A DNA stretch of 64,000 nt from Salpingoeca rosetta (lineage: Eukaryota > Protista > Choanoflagellata): NCBI GenBank assembly GCA_033442325.1, contig JAWQFM010000009.1, positions 1,802,006-1,866,005 of the forward strand, read 5' to 3'. The notes under the pieces are model-generated. The model was not told where the DNA came from, ran no database searches, and saw only the letters and a list, made by a program, of their open reading frames with translations. The position numbers were made by a program, and so were the translations under genes. This document shows positions 25,761-46,209 of the stretch, one piece after another; within the stretch, counting starts at the first letter, position 1, and the number at the start of each line of letters is the position of its first letter.

Positions 25761-26746
25761 CAGGAGGTAGCGACACGCGGTGAGCAAGCTTGTTGTTGCG
25801 TTCCTGTGTTGTGGTTGCTGCTGTGCATGCACGATGCAGTGAATGCAACCACATGCAACCACGCACTTGCCTTCAAGCACGAAGCGCGCGCGTGTCACAC
25901 ATGACAGCCGGGGGCACGATCATCTGCCACTTGGTCGTGAGACAGCTCAAAGGGATCCGCATCGGCTTGCACTGCCATGCTCTCATCGCACGCTCATGAA
26001 CAAACACAGCCACAACGGGAAGATGGGGAAACAAGAGCAGAGGTTGCTTGCTGTGTGTGTGTGTGTTTGGTGTGTGTGTGTGTGTTTGTTGTGTGTGTTG
26101 TGTGTTGTGCGTGTGTTGACAGCTGAAGAGAAGACGGGGAGGGAGAGGGGAACATGATTCCGATCCAGCCAGCAGCTGTGCACAGTGAACAAACAACAGA
26201 GCGCGTGTTGTTTGTGTTGTTTGTGTTTGTGTTCGAGGCTGGTTTTTGCCAATTGCACTTGTGCCGTTACTTGCAATTGGCAAATGTTTGCCTGGACGTG
26301 TTTTGTTTGCGCGCGCAAGAAGGAAGCCAAGACAACGCAGGCGCTGTTGCAGGTGGTCAGAGTGGTGGAAGCAAGTGAGTTGGAGGTGTGGCGAAAGAGA
26401 GGGAGAGGGAGAGGGAGAGAGGCAAAGAAAGTAGAAGAGTTGGTGAGATTGTGTGAGGGAGTGTGTGTGTGTGTTTGTGTGTGTTTGTGTGTGAGAGAGA
26501 CACACAAGGTAGATGAGATGGGCTGGTTGTCTCGCTCTTTGTCTGCACTGGCTGCGGCATTGCATGGATTGGAGACGGACGACGTGGGCGGGGAGCAGTG
26601 TGGAGGGACGTGTGGAAGGTGGAGGAGGGGGAAGACGACATGCACACGCATGCACACGCATGCATGCACACACACATCATGCTCACGCATGCACACACAT
26701 CATTCTCACGCAGCTCACGGCACTTGCGCAAACGATCACTCAGACC

Positions 26747-27198
26747 ATGGCTGCGCAGCGGGCGAGGTTGATGAGGGAGATTCAGCTGCTGAAGAAGAGT
26801 CCACCGCCAGGCGTGCAGTGTTGGGTTCATGATGATTCAAACGTGACTGTGCTTCATGCTGATGTTGCTGGTCCGCCCGATTCCCCGTACGAAAAGGGCG
26901 TGTTTCGGGTTGAGCTTGACTGCAGTGGACGCTATCCCTTTGAGCCGCCAAAGGCTCGCTTCATCACGCCGATCTACCACCCCAACATTGACACGGCGGG
27001 ACGCATCTGCCTTGATCTGCTGAAGATGCCGCCAAAGGGATCGTGGAAGCCGTCCATCAACATCTCGACGCTCCTCACATCGTTGCAGCTGCTCATGGGC
27101 GAGCCTAACCCTGAGGACGGTCTGCTGCCCGACGTTGTAAGTGCTGTGGACTTCACGTGCACCCCCTCGTGTTGCCTTTGTGTGTGTGCGTTCGTGTG

Positions 27199-27237
<39 letters not shown>

Positions 27238-27751
27238 TCGTGTGTGTGTGCGCGTGCGTGTGTGTGTGTGTGTGTGCACGTGTGTGTGTGTGCACGTGTT
27301 CCAGTGGCCGTTCTTAACCCTTGTCCTCGTGTCTCACTCGTTCACACACACATACACACACACATATCAACAGTCATCTGAGTTCAAGTACCGCCGCGGA
27401 GAGTTCTTGAGAAAAGCACGGGCGTTTACACAAAAGCACGCTGTCGGCTCCTCCTCCTCCTCCTCAGCCACAGCCACAGCATCGGCAGATGCAACGGGAA
27501 AGGTGCCCGAATCCGTGGTGGGTGAGGAGGACCAGACCCGGCGAGTTTTGGAGGAGAAGGAGAGTGGTGGTGGCGTCGACAAGGAACGTGCTGCCGACCA
27601 AGGTATGCACGCTGCCAAAGACGAGGATGATGACAACAGCGAAAACGTGCCTGTGCGTGTCGTACGAACCAGCAAGCGACGTGTCGTTGATCCTGTGCCT
27701 GCTCACCATGACAGCACAGGTGCACCGCCTTCCAAAGTGCCATCAACATGA
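26747..27751 (+). CDS. UBE2T: Ubiquitin-conjugating enzyme E2 T (Fanconi anaemia pathway E2), 2 exons (intron ~27137-27373)
   Basis: UBC fold with [16 protein letters not shown] (catalytic Cys), the UBE2T-typical [32 protein letters not shown], and a low-complexity C-terminal tail. Confidence 0.9.
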
Positions 27752-28087
27752 CCCTTTTGCTGTCTGGTCCCTTTGTCCAGTTGTGACTTTGTCGGTCGTT
27801 TGCGCGTTGTTTTGTTCATGTGAATGAGTGGGTAAGCGACTTGTGGTGCGATTCGTGGTGCACTATCATCTATGGCCGTTTACTTGGGCTGTATGTACAC
27901 AAGTGAATGCATGCACAAGTCGGGCGGAAGTCACATCACATCCGTACACAAAATAGCAGATCAACATCAACCGGTGAATCCTCAGCAATCAACGCAACCA
28001 CAAACACAACCACAAACAAACATACACACACGTACACACATACACATGCACACATACACATGCACACGACAGCGCAGTGTCGTGTGC

Positions 28088-33037
<4,950 letters not shown>

Positions 33038-33446
33038 ATTTTACCTTTTCACATCTCACCAACAAGAAGCAAAGCACAAGGACAAGCACACCTCCAAAGC
33101 ACACCAACCAAGCGCTGTGCTGTCTCATCACGTCCACACGGCTCGTACCCAACGCTCGCCCACTCACCACATTCACTGCGCCACACGCAAGGTAGCGTGG
33201 CACAGTGCAAGAGTGCCGGGAAAGCCAACCCATCATCACACGCACACACACAGGCTCATTTTCCCACGGTTTCCACACAGCAACAAAGAAAGCGCAGCAT
33301 TTGCACTCACACAAGCACACAACATACAGCACAAACGCACACGTATCGCACCCACATACACACACACACATACACACACATACACACACATACACACACA
33401 CACACACACATACACACACATACACCCATAGACACGCGCGTAGACG

Positions 33447-34283
33447 ATGGCTGGCTTGACGCAGGCGATGATGGAGGCGGCAAGCCGCGGGGAGATGTTT
33501 GAGCAGGAGCGGGAACCTTATGACGACGAGGTGCTGATGTGCGGATACTTGATCAAGCTGGGCCACCGCGTTAAGAACTGGAAGCATCGGTGGGTCGTGG
33601 TGCGCGGTAACGGGCGCCTGCAGTACTTCAAACAGAGCCCGACAGCAGCAAAGCCGCTCATCGCCATGCGGCCGCAAGGGCAGATCAACCTCCGCCGCGA
33701 CTGCTTGGAGCTCATCACCTGGAACCGCTGCAACGAGGTCATGCAGGATCTGAGCGCGCGCACCGTGCAAACCATCAAGTGGCCAGACTTGGGCAATGAG
33801 CACAGCGCTTTTGGCATCCGCACCACGTACCGCGACTTCCTCTTGGTGGCCCCGGATGGCGACGCACAATCGTGGGTGCAAGGGCTGGACGAGGTGTGCC
33901 GGCGCTGTGACATTTACGAGGGCATCGACCAGATGTGCTCTTCGAGCAACGACAAAACCAGCGGCAGCGGCAACGGCAACGGCAAACCACACCCGGACCG
34001 CTCCAGTACGCTGCCGTCGTCCCCTTTCAACTCGATGCCTCCGACACTCGCGAGCGAGCGCGCGTACTCGCAGGCGTCTCGGCCGCGGCCCGCTGCCACC
34101 CGCCTGCCGGAGGGCACGTTTGACTTTGATGAGGAGGATAACGACGATGACGACGACGACACGGACGACGATCCCGGCGCAGGGTACGAGCGTGTTCGCG
34201 ACGCTCTCGATGCATCACACACATCGCAATCTGCCCCATCCTCCACAGCCTCCTTAGTTCACAGCCCCGCAAGAGCATCATGA
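33447..34283 (+). CDS. Intronless PH-domain protein with acidic, Tyr-containing tail
   Basis: GYLIKLGHRVKNWKHRWVVVRGNGRLQYFK..QGQINL..FGIRTTYRDFLLVA..QSWVQGL fits the PH fold. 278-aa ORF with normal codon usage. Confidence 0.88.
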   Translation: MAGLTQAMMEAASRGEMFEQEREPYDDEVLMCGYLIKLGHRVKNWKHRWVVVRGNGRLQYFKQSPTAAKPLIAMRPQGQINLRRDCLELITWNRCNEVMQDLSARTVQTIKWPDLGNEHSAFGIRTTYRDFLLVAPDGDAQSWVQGLDEVCRRCDIYEGIDQMCSSSNDKTSGSGNGNGKPHPDRSSTLPSSPFNSMPPTLASERAYSQASRPRPAATRLPEGTFDFDEEDNDDDDDDTDDDPGAGYERVRDALDASHTSQSAPSSTASLVHSPARAS

Positions 34284-35021
34284 GTGCGCGCGCGTGTGCC
34301 TGTCTGTGCGTCTGTGCATCTATGTTTGCGTGTGTGTGTGTCTGTGTGTGTGTCTGTGTGTGTGTGTGTGCGTCTGTGTGTTTGTGTGTGTCTGTGTGTC
34401 TGTGTTTGTGATTGTGTGTGTTTTGCATGTGTGCGTCGTGTGTACTTTGTTGTACGTGTGAGCCGGATGCGTGTAGTTTATATCTGTAGCTGCATGCGCA
34501 CGTGTCATGTCATTGGTGCCATCGCTATTATTCTTTGGTCATGCTCTACCTTAGCCTTCATCTGCGCTCTGCTTCATCTGGGAGTTTGCGTCCCCCGTGC
34601 TTGATCCTTTGTTTCCAACGCGCATCTCGTCTTTCTGTTTCATAATGGCACGTTATCCACCATCCTCGATCCCTTTCTGTCCCTTCACCACGTGACGTCG
34701 TACCAACTGTTGTTACCTCGTGCCAGATTGTCACATCATCCTTCCCCCCATGGGCACATATTGCCCGCCTGCTGTGCCAGCACATTGGGGCTGAACGCAA
34801 CAGCCTGAAGATTGCTCTCATACACACCTCCACCAACACCTCCATTCCCTCAGTGTGCGTTGCGTATGTGTGCGGATGATAGTGAGAGTATGTGTATTTG
34901 TGCATGCATGGCATGTGTTGACCGTGCTATCCGAGAAGCGAAAGGGGACAGTGGCATAAGCTAGTGTGCATGTGTGTGTGCATGTGCATGTGTGTGTGTG
35001 TGTGTGTGTGCATGTGTGTGT

Positions 35022-35081
<60 letters not shown>

Positions 35082-35536
35082 ATGTGTGTGTGTGTGTGCA
35101 TGTGTGTGTGTGTGGGGGGGGGGCAAACAGGGAAAGGCAGAGGACTCACAAATGGGGGGGGGGGGAGCAAATAGATAGCGCTGTTCCAATGAATGAGCAT
35201 GAGACGAAACATGACAATTACGAATAATCGATGCAATAACGCGAGCATGGGTAACACTACNNNNNNNNNNNNNNNNNNNNNNNNNNNNNNNNNNNNNNNN
35301 NNNNNNNNNNNNNNNNNNNNNNNNNNNNNNNNNNNNNNNNNNNNNNNNNNNNNNNNNNNNGCGGGGGGGGGGGGGGGCCGCACAAAGGGAAAAGCCACTT
35401 ACCACCGGAGACACCAAATCGATAGCCTCTGTTTCCAAATGAAATGAGCAGTGAGCCTGAAACCGAACCATTACAAATACGCATAATCGATACAACGAGC
35501 ATGGGGTATCACTCAGTAAGTATATGTCGCTGTGGA

Positions 35537-37443
<1,907 letters not shown>

Positions 37444-38302
37444 GATGCTCTGCAGCCGGTGCCTGTTGATGGTGCTGGCCGATGATGATGATGATGATGA
37501 CGAGGAGGAGGAGGAGGAGGAGGAGGAGGAGGAGGGTGTGAATTGCGGGGCGCATGCATTCTCCTCAAAGCCGTCACCATCGTTGTCCAAGGTGAAAGGT
37601 CTTGGCAATGTACATGAACAAATACACACGTGTGAACGCGGAATGAGATGAGAGACAACATGTGGGCACATCAGGCAATGCACCAGCTTCTGCTGCTGTG
37701 CATGCGCGTTCACCGACAGACATATGCACACAGTTTCAGATCGGCGTGCACCCGCATGTACATGTACACACAAGCACACCCACCTACACAGCTGCACACA
37801 AGCATACAGATGTAGAAGGATACGTGTACACAAGTAGATCAACATACACATGTGTGACCACATCGACACGGTGTCACTTGACATGTGCACGATCCCACAA
37901 GCCATATACGTCGGGCACACAGCTTTGTCCATGCCCGTGAAACAAAGTCAGACTTGACAAACACGAACACAACAACCACACCTCATTGTCTGAAGGCCCT
38001 GCTGCTTGAGATGCCAGTTTGCCTCCGACGTGAAGGGGGCATCAAAAGTTGTGTCAAAGAAGAGTGTCGACGTGTTGGTGGCGGTAAACAGGTCATGAAA
38101 CATGTTTGTGCTTGCTTCCAGCATCGCGTGCTGTTGACGTGTATGGTGGCGGCCCGGTTTCGGCTTTCGTCGCTGGCGCTCGTGTGCGTGGGACGGGTTC
38201 ATGCCGTGATCATTCAAGGCGCCTTCAGCGTTCTCTTGTGGTCGAGGTGATGCATTCCTCTGGCGGTGACTTTGATCCACACCCTGTTCATGTCGTCCCC
38301 GC

Positions 38303-38312
38303 ATGCTGCTGC

Positions 38313-38345
<33 letters not shown>

Positions 38346-38347
38346 AG

Positions 38348-38384
<37 letters not shown>

Positions 38385-38386
38385 AG

Positions 38387-38420
<34 letters not shown>

Positions 38421-38440
38421 AGTTGTTGTTGTTGTTTAAT

Positions 38441-38502
<62 letters not shown>

Positions 38503-38560
38503 GGTGTTGGTGTTGTTGTTGTTGTTGGTGTTGTTGTTGTTGTTGTTGGTGTTGTTGTTG
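38303..38560. repeat. Interrupted (TTG)n microsatellite
   Basis: Directly visible, with tttaag interruptions. Confidence 0.9.
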
Positions 38561-39424
38561 TCAATCGTGATAGCTTGAAGCTTCCTGCTTCTCTCCACCC
38601 AGCTTGCATCTGTCATGCAGGGCACGTAGGAACATGTGAACGCAGCCACCGACGCTGTGAACGCATTCGATCGTGCTGTTGAGGTTGGTGAAGTCTTCAA
38701 AGGTCGTGCAGTTCGTCACGGCATGCAACCATGCAAGCAAGCTTTCGTGAACGAACAAAAGAGTGAAGGACGACTGGTGGCACAGCACGGCGTGCAAAAA
38801 TGGGGCAGAGGCGCGTGCAAACCGACCGGCCGGCCCCATGCACTGTCATGTCACATCGCCACAACGGCCTCTGGTCGTCCTGGCTTCCCCACTGTCACCA
38901 CCGCCAATTCAAATCCATCCCGCCGCCAAGTTTCTCATTCTCAACAGCATGAAAAGTAGCATTATGTGCTGAGATGGCGTCTCGTGCCTCAACTGATTTC
39001 AGTCGTCACACAACAACCCACGCCGCATCATCTCAAGACCACGCGCACTTTTTTGTTTTGTTTTCCAACCGCGCTTGTCTCCCTGCTACACTCTCCAAGC
39101 ACCCACGCCCACCTTCCGTCCTTCCTTCGCGAGTGAGTGAGAGAGTGTGGGTGAGTGTGTGTGCGTGAGCAGAGATGGAGATATAGAGATGGAGGGCGAC
39201 TCGAGAATGGGATTGGAGCTCACAGTGGTGGTTGGTGGTGGTAGTGTGTCTGAGACGGTTCTCGAGGTGTTCCAACGTCACGGTTCCACTGACACCCTGC
39301 TCACTGTCCGTGGCTGCGTCCCACCAGCACACGCTTGTCCGTCTCACGAACACGCACGTTTGCCCATCCCACAACGATAACAACAGGAAACACAGCGCTC
39401 CTTTTTGAAGAACAACGGTCAAGG

Positions 39425-41073
39425 ATGATGGCTCAGGACGATGCTGCCATGCCTCAGCTTCAGGACTGGGAGGTGTGTGTGTGCTTTTGTGTGTGTGTGT
39501 ATGTGTGTGTGTGTTTGTGCTTGTGTGCTTGTGTGCTTGTGTGCTTGTGTGCTTGTGTGTTTGTGTTTGTGTGTTAATGTGTGTGCGTGTGTGTGTGTGT
39601 ACATTTTGCACATGCGCTGCCCTTCCGTGGTTGGTGCCCCCTTTTTTGCATACTTTTAGTCACCATCCACCTTGCCCCCGTCTACGGTCAAAAATCACTG
39701 GTGGTAGCATTCTATACTCACGCGCGCTTCGCACACACCCCACTCTCCCTCCTTGCCACCCACCTTTGCTCCTCCCCTGGCCAAACTGACCCCCCCCCCC
39801 ATATCAACAACAACAACAACATAGGCCCTGCAAGCAAAGATCTTCACCAAGTGGGTGAACCAGAAGCTCATGTCGCGCCACTTCCCGACAATCAACAACG
39901 TGCAGTCGGACCTGGCCAAGGACAACACGTTGTACAACCTCATGTGTGCGCTCACGGACCGGGAGCCGCCGGTTGAGAAGAAGAAGCCCGCCAAGATGCA
40001 TGTCAAGGCGCAGGTCCTCGACGATATTGACAAGGCCCTCAAGTTTGTCTTTGACTGCGGCATCCAGATGAAGCTCAAGCCGTCGCCAGAGAACCTGTAC
40101 AGCGGCGACTTCCGCGACGTCATGGCACTGGTGTGGGCCATCATGATGAAGTACATCAAGTTTGACGAGGAGGACGGGCAGGAGAACCTCTCTGCCAAGG
40201 ACGCGCTCCTGCGCTGGTTGCAGTTCCACACCAAGGACTACCCACAGGTCAAGGTGGAGAACCTGACCAAGTCGTTCCACGACGGCATCGCCTTCTGCGC
40301 CCTCATCCACAAGTTCAAGCCGGGCGCCATTGACCTGGACAGCCTCGACCCAGCCAACAAGGCCGAAAACCTTCAGCTCGCCATGGACAAGGTGCGTGCT
40401 GTTGAATGTGTTTTCGATGCTGTGTGCATGTGTGTTTGCGCTTTTGTGTATGGTTTAATTTTGTGTGTGTGTGTGTGTGATTTATTGTCTCGTGTGTGTG
40501 TTTGTGCGAGTATCCTTGCCTTTCGCCCTCGCGTGTCAATGTGAGCATGCTGCACATGCTCACACATCCACACACGCATACACACACGAGTCATCACCAT
40601 GTGCTCACCACCACGTGCCACGCACCGCGACTGTAGGCTGAGGAGCTGTTTGGCATTGAGAAGTACTTGACGCCCGCCGATATTCTCAAGCTGGACGAAA
40701 AGTCCATGCTCGTTTACTGCAGCGAGTACTACTACCACATCAACGAACAGGTACGTGTGTGTGTGTGTGTTTATGTGCGTGTGCGTGTGTGTGCGTGTGA
40801 AGGGGTGTTTGCATCCCATCCCGGCCGGTTGCTGTGGATCCTCACTGCAACGTGTGCCACTTCACACATTGTCGTTGTTGACAGCTCAAGCGCGACCTCG
40901 CTGCCAAGCGCATCTCCAAGCTCATCGCTTTCACCCGCGAAAACGTGCGTCCTCCTCCCCTGTTCTCTGCTTGTTTGCTGTTGTGCGCGTTTTGTGTGCG
41001 GTTCTCCCGCTGGTGTACTGCTGCTCTCACCATTTTCACCACATCATCTTCTTATGCCTCACTCCGTCCCCCA

Positions 41074-41146
<73 letters not shown>

Positions 41147-44100
41147 TTCTTCTTCTTCTTCTTCTTCTTCTTCTTCTTCTTCTTCTTCTACCACGCTTCA
41201 CCACCGTCGCCGCCAGGACGAGACCAAGGCGCGGTATGTTGAGCAGGGCGAGCAGCTGCTGCAGCGCGTGCGCACCTCTGAGGAGCTCCTGACGGGCGTG
41301 GACGTGATCGACAACACCATGGCCGGCGCAAAGGACCGCCTCCATCGCTTTGACACATACAAGTCCGAGCACAAGCGCAGCATCGTCTCAATCCACCTCG
41401 ACATGGAGGCAACCTACAACACCCTCGCCATGCGCCTCGCAAACCACAACCGCCCAGAGTTTGTGCCAGAGAACAGCGAGGTGCGTTGTGTGTGCGAAGA
41501 CTGTGTGCGTGTGTGTGTGTGTGAGCATGTGTGTGTGTGTGTGTGCGCGCGCGCGCGTGTGTGTGTGAACGTGTGCAGGTGTGCCTGAATATTTTGCTCT
41601 CTTGTCACTTGGCGCGCGTGCTTGTTTGTGTTCACTTCAACTTCTCTCACCCATCTCTCCGCCCCAATTTCTCCACCCCCAACACTCCCCCCCCCTCCCC
41701 CACAGCTGGTGCTCGGCACGCTGACGGCGCGTATTCGGGACCTGCAGGCGAAGGAGAGTGTTGAGTCGCAGCTGCACGCCGAACTCAACCGCCAGACACG
41801 CCTTCTCCAGCTCGACTCCCAGCACGCCACACAGGCCGGTCCGTACGCTGAGACAGAGAGAGTGTGTGTGTATGTCGAGTGTGTGAGGGTGCTCAGTGTG
41901 TGCGTGCGTGTACTGTGTGCGCGTGTACTGTGATGTACTGTGCACGTAGTGTGCGTGCGTGCGTGTATAGCCACATGTGCATGGTCACATGAAAATGTCA
42001 CTCGCTCAAGTGCGGCGGTTCATCGCATGTGTGTGTGTGTGTTTGCTTGCAGGCAAGATTGTGCAGTGGATTGAGGACAAGAACCAGTACCTTGCTGGCG
42101 ACTTTACGGTGACGTCTAGCGGTGAGGCGCGCAAGCAGCTCAAGCTCTTTGACAGCTTTGTCAAGGAGAGCAAGGCCATGCAGGCCGACCCCGTGCAGCA
42201 GCTCGCCAAGATCAGCAAGGTGCTCGCCGAGGAGAAGTACGAGCGCGCTGCGGAGGCGAGCGAGCGCGAGAGCGACATCAAGACCAGGTTCGCTACCCTC
42301 GACCAGACTGCCGCCGAGAAGGAGCCCGTTCTCAAGGACAACCTTGCTCGCGAGGTGCGTGGGCGTGTGTGTGAGTGTGTTTACATGTGTGTGTGTGTGT
42401 CGTGCGTGTGCATGTGCGTGTGTCGTGTGTATGCATGCGCACGCACATGCGTGGTGTTGTGTGCTCCTTCTCTTCCTTTCCTCCTTTGCTTGCTTGCTTC
42501 CTCGCGTGGACCAGTCGCCATGTCGCGTTGACTTGGCCCTTCAATCGCTTGTTCAGACCTGAGTCTCTTTCTGAATCCCATCCTTTCCTCACCTTCGCCA
42601 CCACCACCACCACCACGAATTCTTCACTACATCACCACCACCACCATGATGCCTGCGACGGTGCAACAGCTCTTCAAGGAGAAGGTTCGGCTCGACGTGA
42701 AGGTGCACACGGAGACGTTCCAGTCCCTGCAGGCCTGGTGCGCAGAGAAGTCTGCCTACGCCACCAAGAAGGAGACGGTGGCCTCTGTGCAGGCAGCCCA
42801 CCTCCAGCTGAGCGTGCTCGATGCGCTGCTCACGGAGAAGAGCGATGTGGAAAAGGGCAGCGTTGCTCGCCTCAACTCCCTCGGCGCCGCCATCCGCGAC
42901 GCCAAGTACGAGACGCAGTACTCCCAGTGGGTGTACGAGGACCCTGCCGCCGTGCAGAAGCTGGAGGAGGACGTGCAGGCGCTGCTGTCCACGCTGGAGC
43001 AGCAGGCGGCGCAGAAGCGCACGGTGCTTGAGGACGACCTGGCCCGCGAGCAGGAACGCGAGCGCATCGACCTCCTGGTCAGCAACCACCGCTCGCAGTA
43101 CGAGCAGCTGCTGGCGTGGGCAGCGAAGAAGATTGAGTACCTGGAGACGAAGGAGACGGTGGAGAGCTCGTCCGAGGCCAAGAAGCAGCTGAGCAAGCTG
43201 GAGCTGTACGAGAAGGAGAAGGCAGACACGACCGAGGGCAACGTGGCGTCGCTCAAGGCCATGGGCAACGAGGTCCGCACCACAGAGTACAAGACAGAGC
43301 TCTCCCAGTGGAAGTATGAGAAGCCCGACACCCTGGTTGCCCTGGAGAGTGAGATTGACGCCAAGTGGCAGGAACTCGACCAGAAGGCAGCAGCCAAGAA
43401 GGCGGTACGTGTGGCGGGGTGGCGGGGTGGCGACGACGTGCCTGCATGCATACATGCATGCTTTTCTCGTCTTTGCGATTTTGTGTGTGCGTGTGGGTGT
43501 GCGTGGCAAACATTTCCTTGGGTGTCGACTGACTGTCGCTCCGCTCTTCATGTTTTGCTTCGTCTTTTGCTGCTCACACACACACACATGCACACACATG
43601 CACACACACGCACGCACGCACGCACACACACACACACGGGCAGGTGCTTGAGGACGACCTTGCGCGGGAGCTGTTTGCAGAGCAGACGCGACTGATGGCG
43701 TCAACCCACTCGAGCAGCCACGACAACCTCATGAGCTTTGCTGCCCTCAAGCAGAAGCAGTACGCCGAGGACATTGTTGTCAACAGCATCGCCGACGCCC
43801 AGTTTTTGCTGAGTCAGCTCGATTCGCTTGAGCAGGAGCGCAAGACGGTGCAGGACTCGATGGTTGTCTCCCTCAAGCAGCTTGGCAAGGACATTCTTGG
43901 CCGCCAGTACAAGACCGCCCACAGCTCCTACACCTACGAGAACCCGGCTGAGATCACGGTGCGCGATATAAAGACGTTTGTCCGTGTTGCTTGTCGTTTA
44001 CTTGTTTAAGCTGTTTGTTGTTGTTGTTGTTGTTGTTGTTGAAGCTGTTGTTGTTGTTTAAGCTGTTGTTGTTGTTGTTGTTGTTTAAGCTGTTGTTGTT

Positions 44101-46209
44101 GCTGCTGTTTACCTTATCGTTCGCACGTGTTCTTCGCTGTCCCGCCTTCACTCCAAAACGGTATGTTTCCCTCATCACACCAACACCAACACCAACACCA
44201 ACCCCACGTCTCCCCTCACCCTCACCGCCACCACCAACCTCTATTTCCATCGTCAGGGCCACGAGGCAGCTGTCGACGAGGCGTTTGCCAGCCGTGCAAG
44301 CGAGGCCGCTGCCCGCCAGTCAACGCTGCAGGAGCTGCTTGCCAAGGAGGAGCGCAAGGAGGAGCTTCGCCTCGAGTTTGCCAGCCTCGCTGCTGACTTC
44401 ATCCGCATGACAAACGACAAGGTGCTGTGATGTGCTGTGCTGTGGCGTGGTGTGCTGTGTCTTTGCTGTGCTTTGCTGTGCGTTGGATTTGGTACACGCG
44501 GTTGCTCGCTGGTGTGCGTGTGCTGGAAGCACGTGTTCCACCAGCCGAATACCACCGTGTGCGCGCCGTTCTCACACACATTCCAATTTCATGTGCATGC
44601 CCAGATTGCGGAGATTGGCACACAGGACGAGCAGAAGGTGATGCACGGCTTCTCGCTGGATGAGGTTGAGGCGTACGAGACCACGCTCTTGAGCGAGGAG
44701 CAGGAGCTCTCCAACGCCACTGCTGCCCGCCAGAAGGAGTACAAGGCCGCCCTTACAGAGATGGACTCCCTCGGTGTCACCGTACGTGTCCTTGTTGTGT
44801 CTTGGTCTCTTCTCATCTTCTTATCTTTTTTTATTTTATTTTTTTGGTTTTTGCAGTGGTTGGTGTCAACACTGCTGTACCATCATGCGCGTGGATTGTC
44901 ACACACCCATGCACCCACGACCCCACATACATGCCCACAACCACACATCCGTGGACGTTTCTTACCACCAACAGCATCAACAACAACACCACTCACGACC
45001 ACATCCTGTTCATGCCCATGCGCGCACCCAACGCACCCAATCACCCACCTCACCCAATCACCCAACTCACCCAACTCAACTCGCCTCGCCCCCCCCCCCC
45101 CTCGCCTCACACACCTGCAGGAGAACGCGTACACGAAGCTGACGTCTGCTGATCTTGATGCGGCACAGGGCAAGTTGGACGCTGCTGTGCAGGCCCGCCG
45201 CTCCTTTTACGAGCAGGAGCGCGAGCGCCATCGCGCAAACGACGCCCTGTGCAAGCAGTTTGCCGACCTTGTTGTGCCGTTTGAGAAGCAGGTGTCTGAG
45301 CTCATGGCCAAGGTGCTGGCTGCCAGCAGCACGGAGGAGGACCAGCTTGCGCTGGTGACAGACAACCTCAACAACGCCGACAGCGTGAAGCTCGACTTTG
45401 CTGCTGCCACGCAGCTTGAAAAGTCGCTCGCTGAGCGCGGCGTGGAGTCCAACCCGTACACGGTGCTCTCTGTGGAGGATGTTCAGATCACGTGGGACAA
45501 CTACATGCAGGTGCTGCAAAGCCGCAAGCCGTACCTGGAGAACGTCGTTGCGTACAAGAAGTACCGCGGTATTTCCCCGCAGCAGTACGAGGAGATGGAG
45601 CAGATCTTCCACTCCTTTGACAAGGACGACAGCAACTCCAGTCAGTAGTATTCTGCGTCTGTGTCTGTGTGTGTGTATGTGTCTGTGTGTGTATGTGTGC
45701 CTGCGTCTTGCTTGTGGTTAAAGTGCTGTGCTTTGTGTGCATCGTGTACATCGTGTTCCCTCTTATCTCATGCCATCAATTGCTGACTGCCAACACCTCC
45801 CCCTTCCCCCCCCCCCTCCGCCTTCACAACCCTGTGAACAACCATGCACACAATGCACGTGCTTGCAGTCAACGAGCGTGAGCTGCGGTCGTGCCTGTTC
45901 TCTCTCGGCGAGGAGCGCACCAAGGCCGAGATCCAGGCGTACATGTCCCAGTACGGCACCGCCGGCAACCTGAGCTTCCAGCCCTTCCGCGAGCTCATGA
46001 TCACGCTGCTTGGCGACGCCGGCACCCCAGCGGGCGTCAACGAGTCGTTCAAGGTCATTGCCCGCGGGCGCACGGCTGTTGCGGAGGAACAACTGGCGGA
46101 GCTGCTGTCATCGGACGACGTCGAGTACATCAAGGCCACGGCGCGCCCTGCGGAGGAGGAGCCTGGATACGACTTCCCCGCGTGGATTGAGGAGGTGTTT
46201 GCTCGCTAA
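39425..46209 (+). CDS. ACTN: Alpha-actinin-like protein with expanded spectrin-repeat rod (CH1-CH2, 7 repeats, EF hands)
   Basis: WE|ALQAKIFTKWVNQKL (CH1), SAKDALLRWLQ..SFHDGIAFCALIH (CH2), spectrin repeats, and GISPQQYEEMEQIFHSFDKDDSNS|INERELRSCL (EF hand). Ends GYDFPAWIEEVFAR. Confidence 0.92.

Noticed and set aside
37948-38700. Poly-Asn ORF as a separate gene
   Set aside because: Mostly microsatellite with no domain. It could be a 5' exon of the homeobox gene, but I cannot support that.
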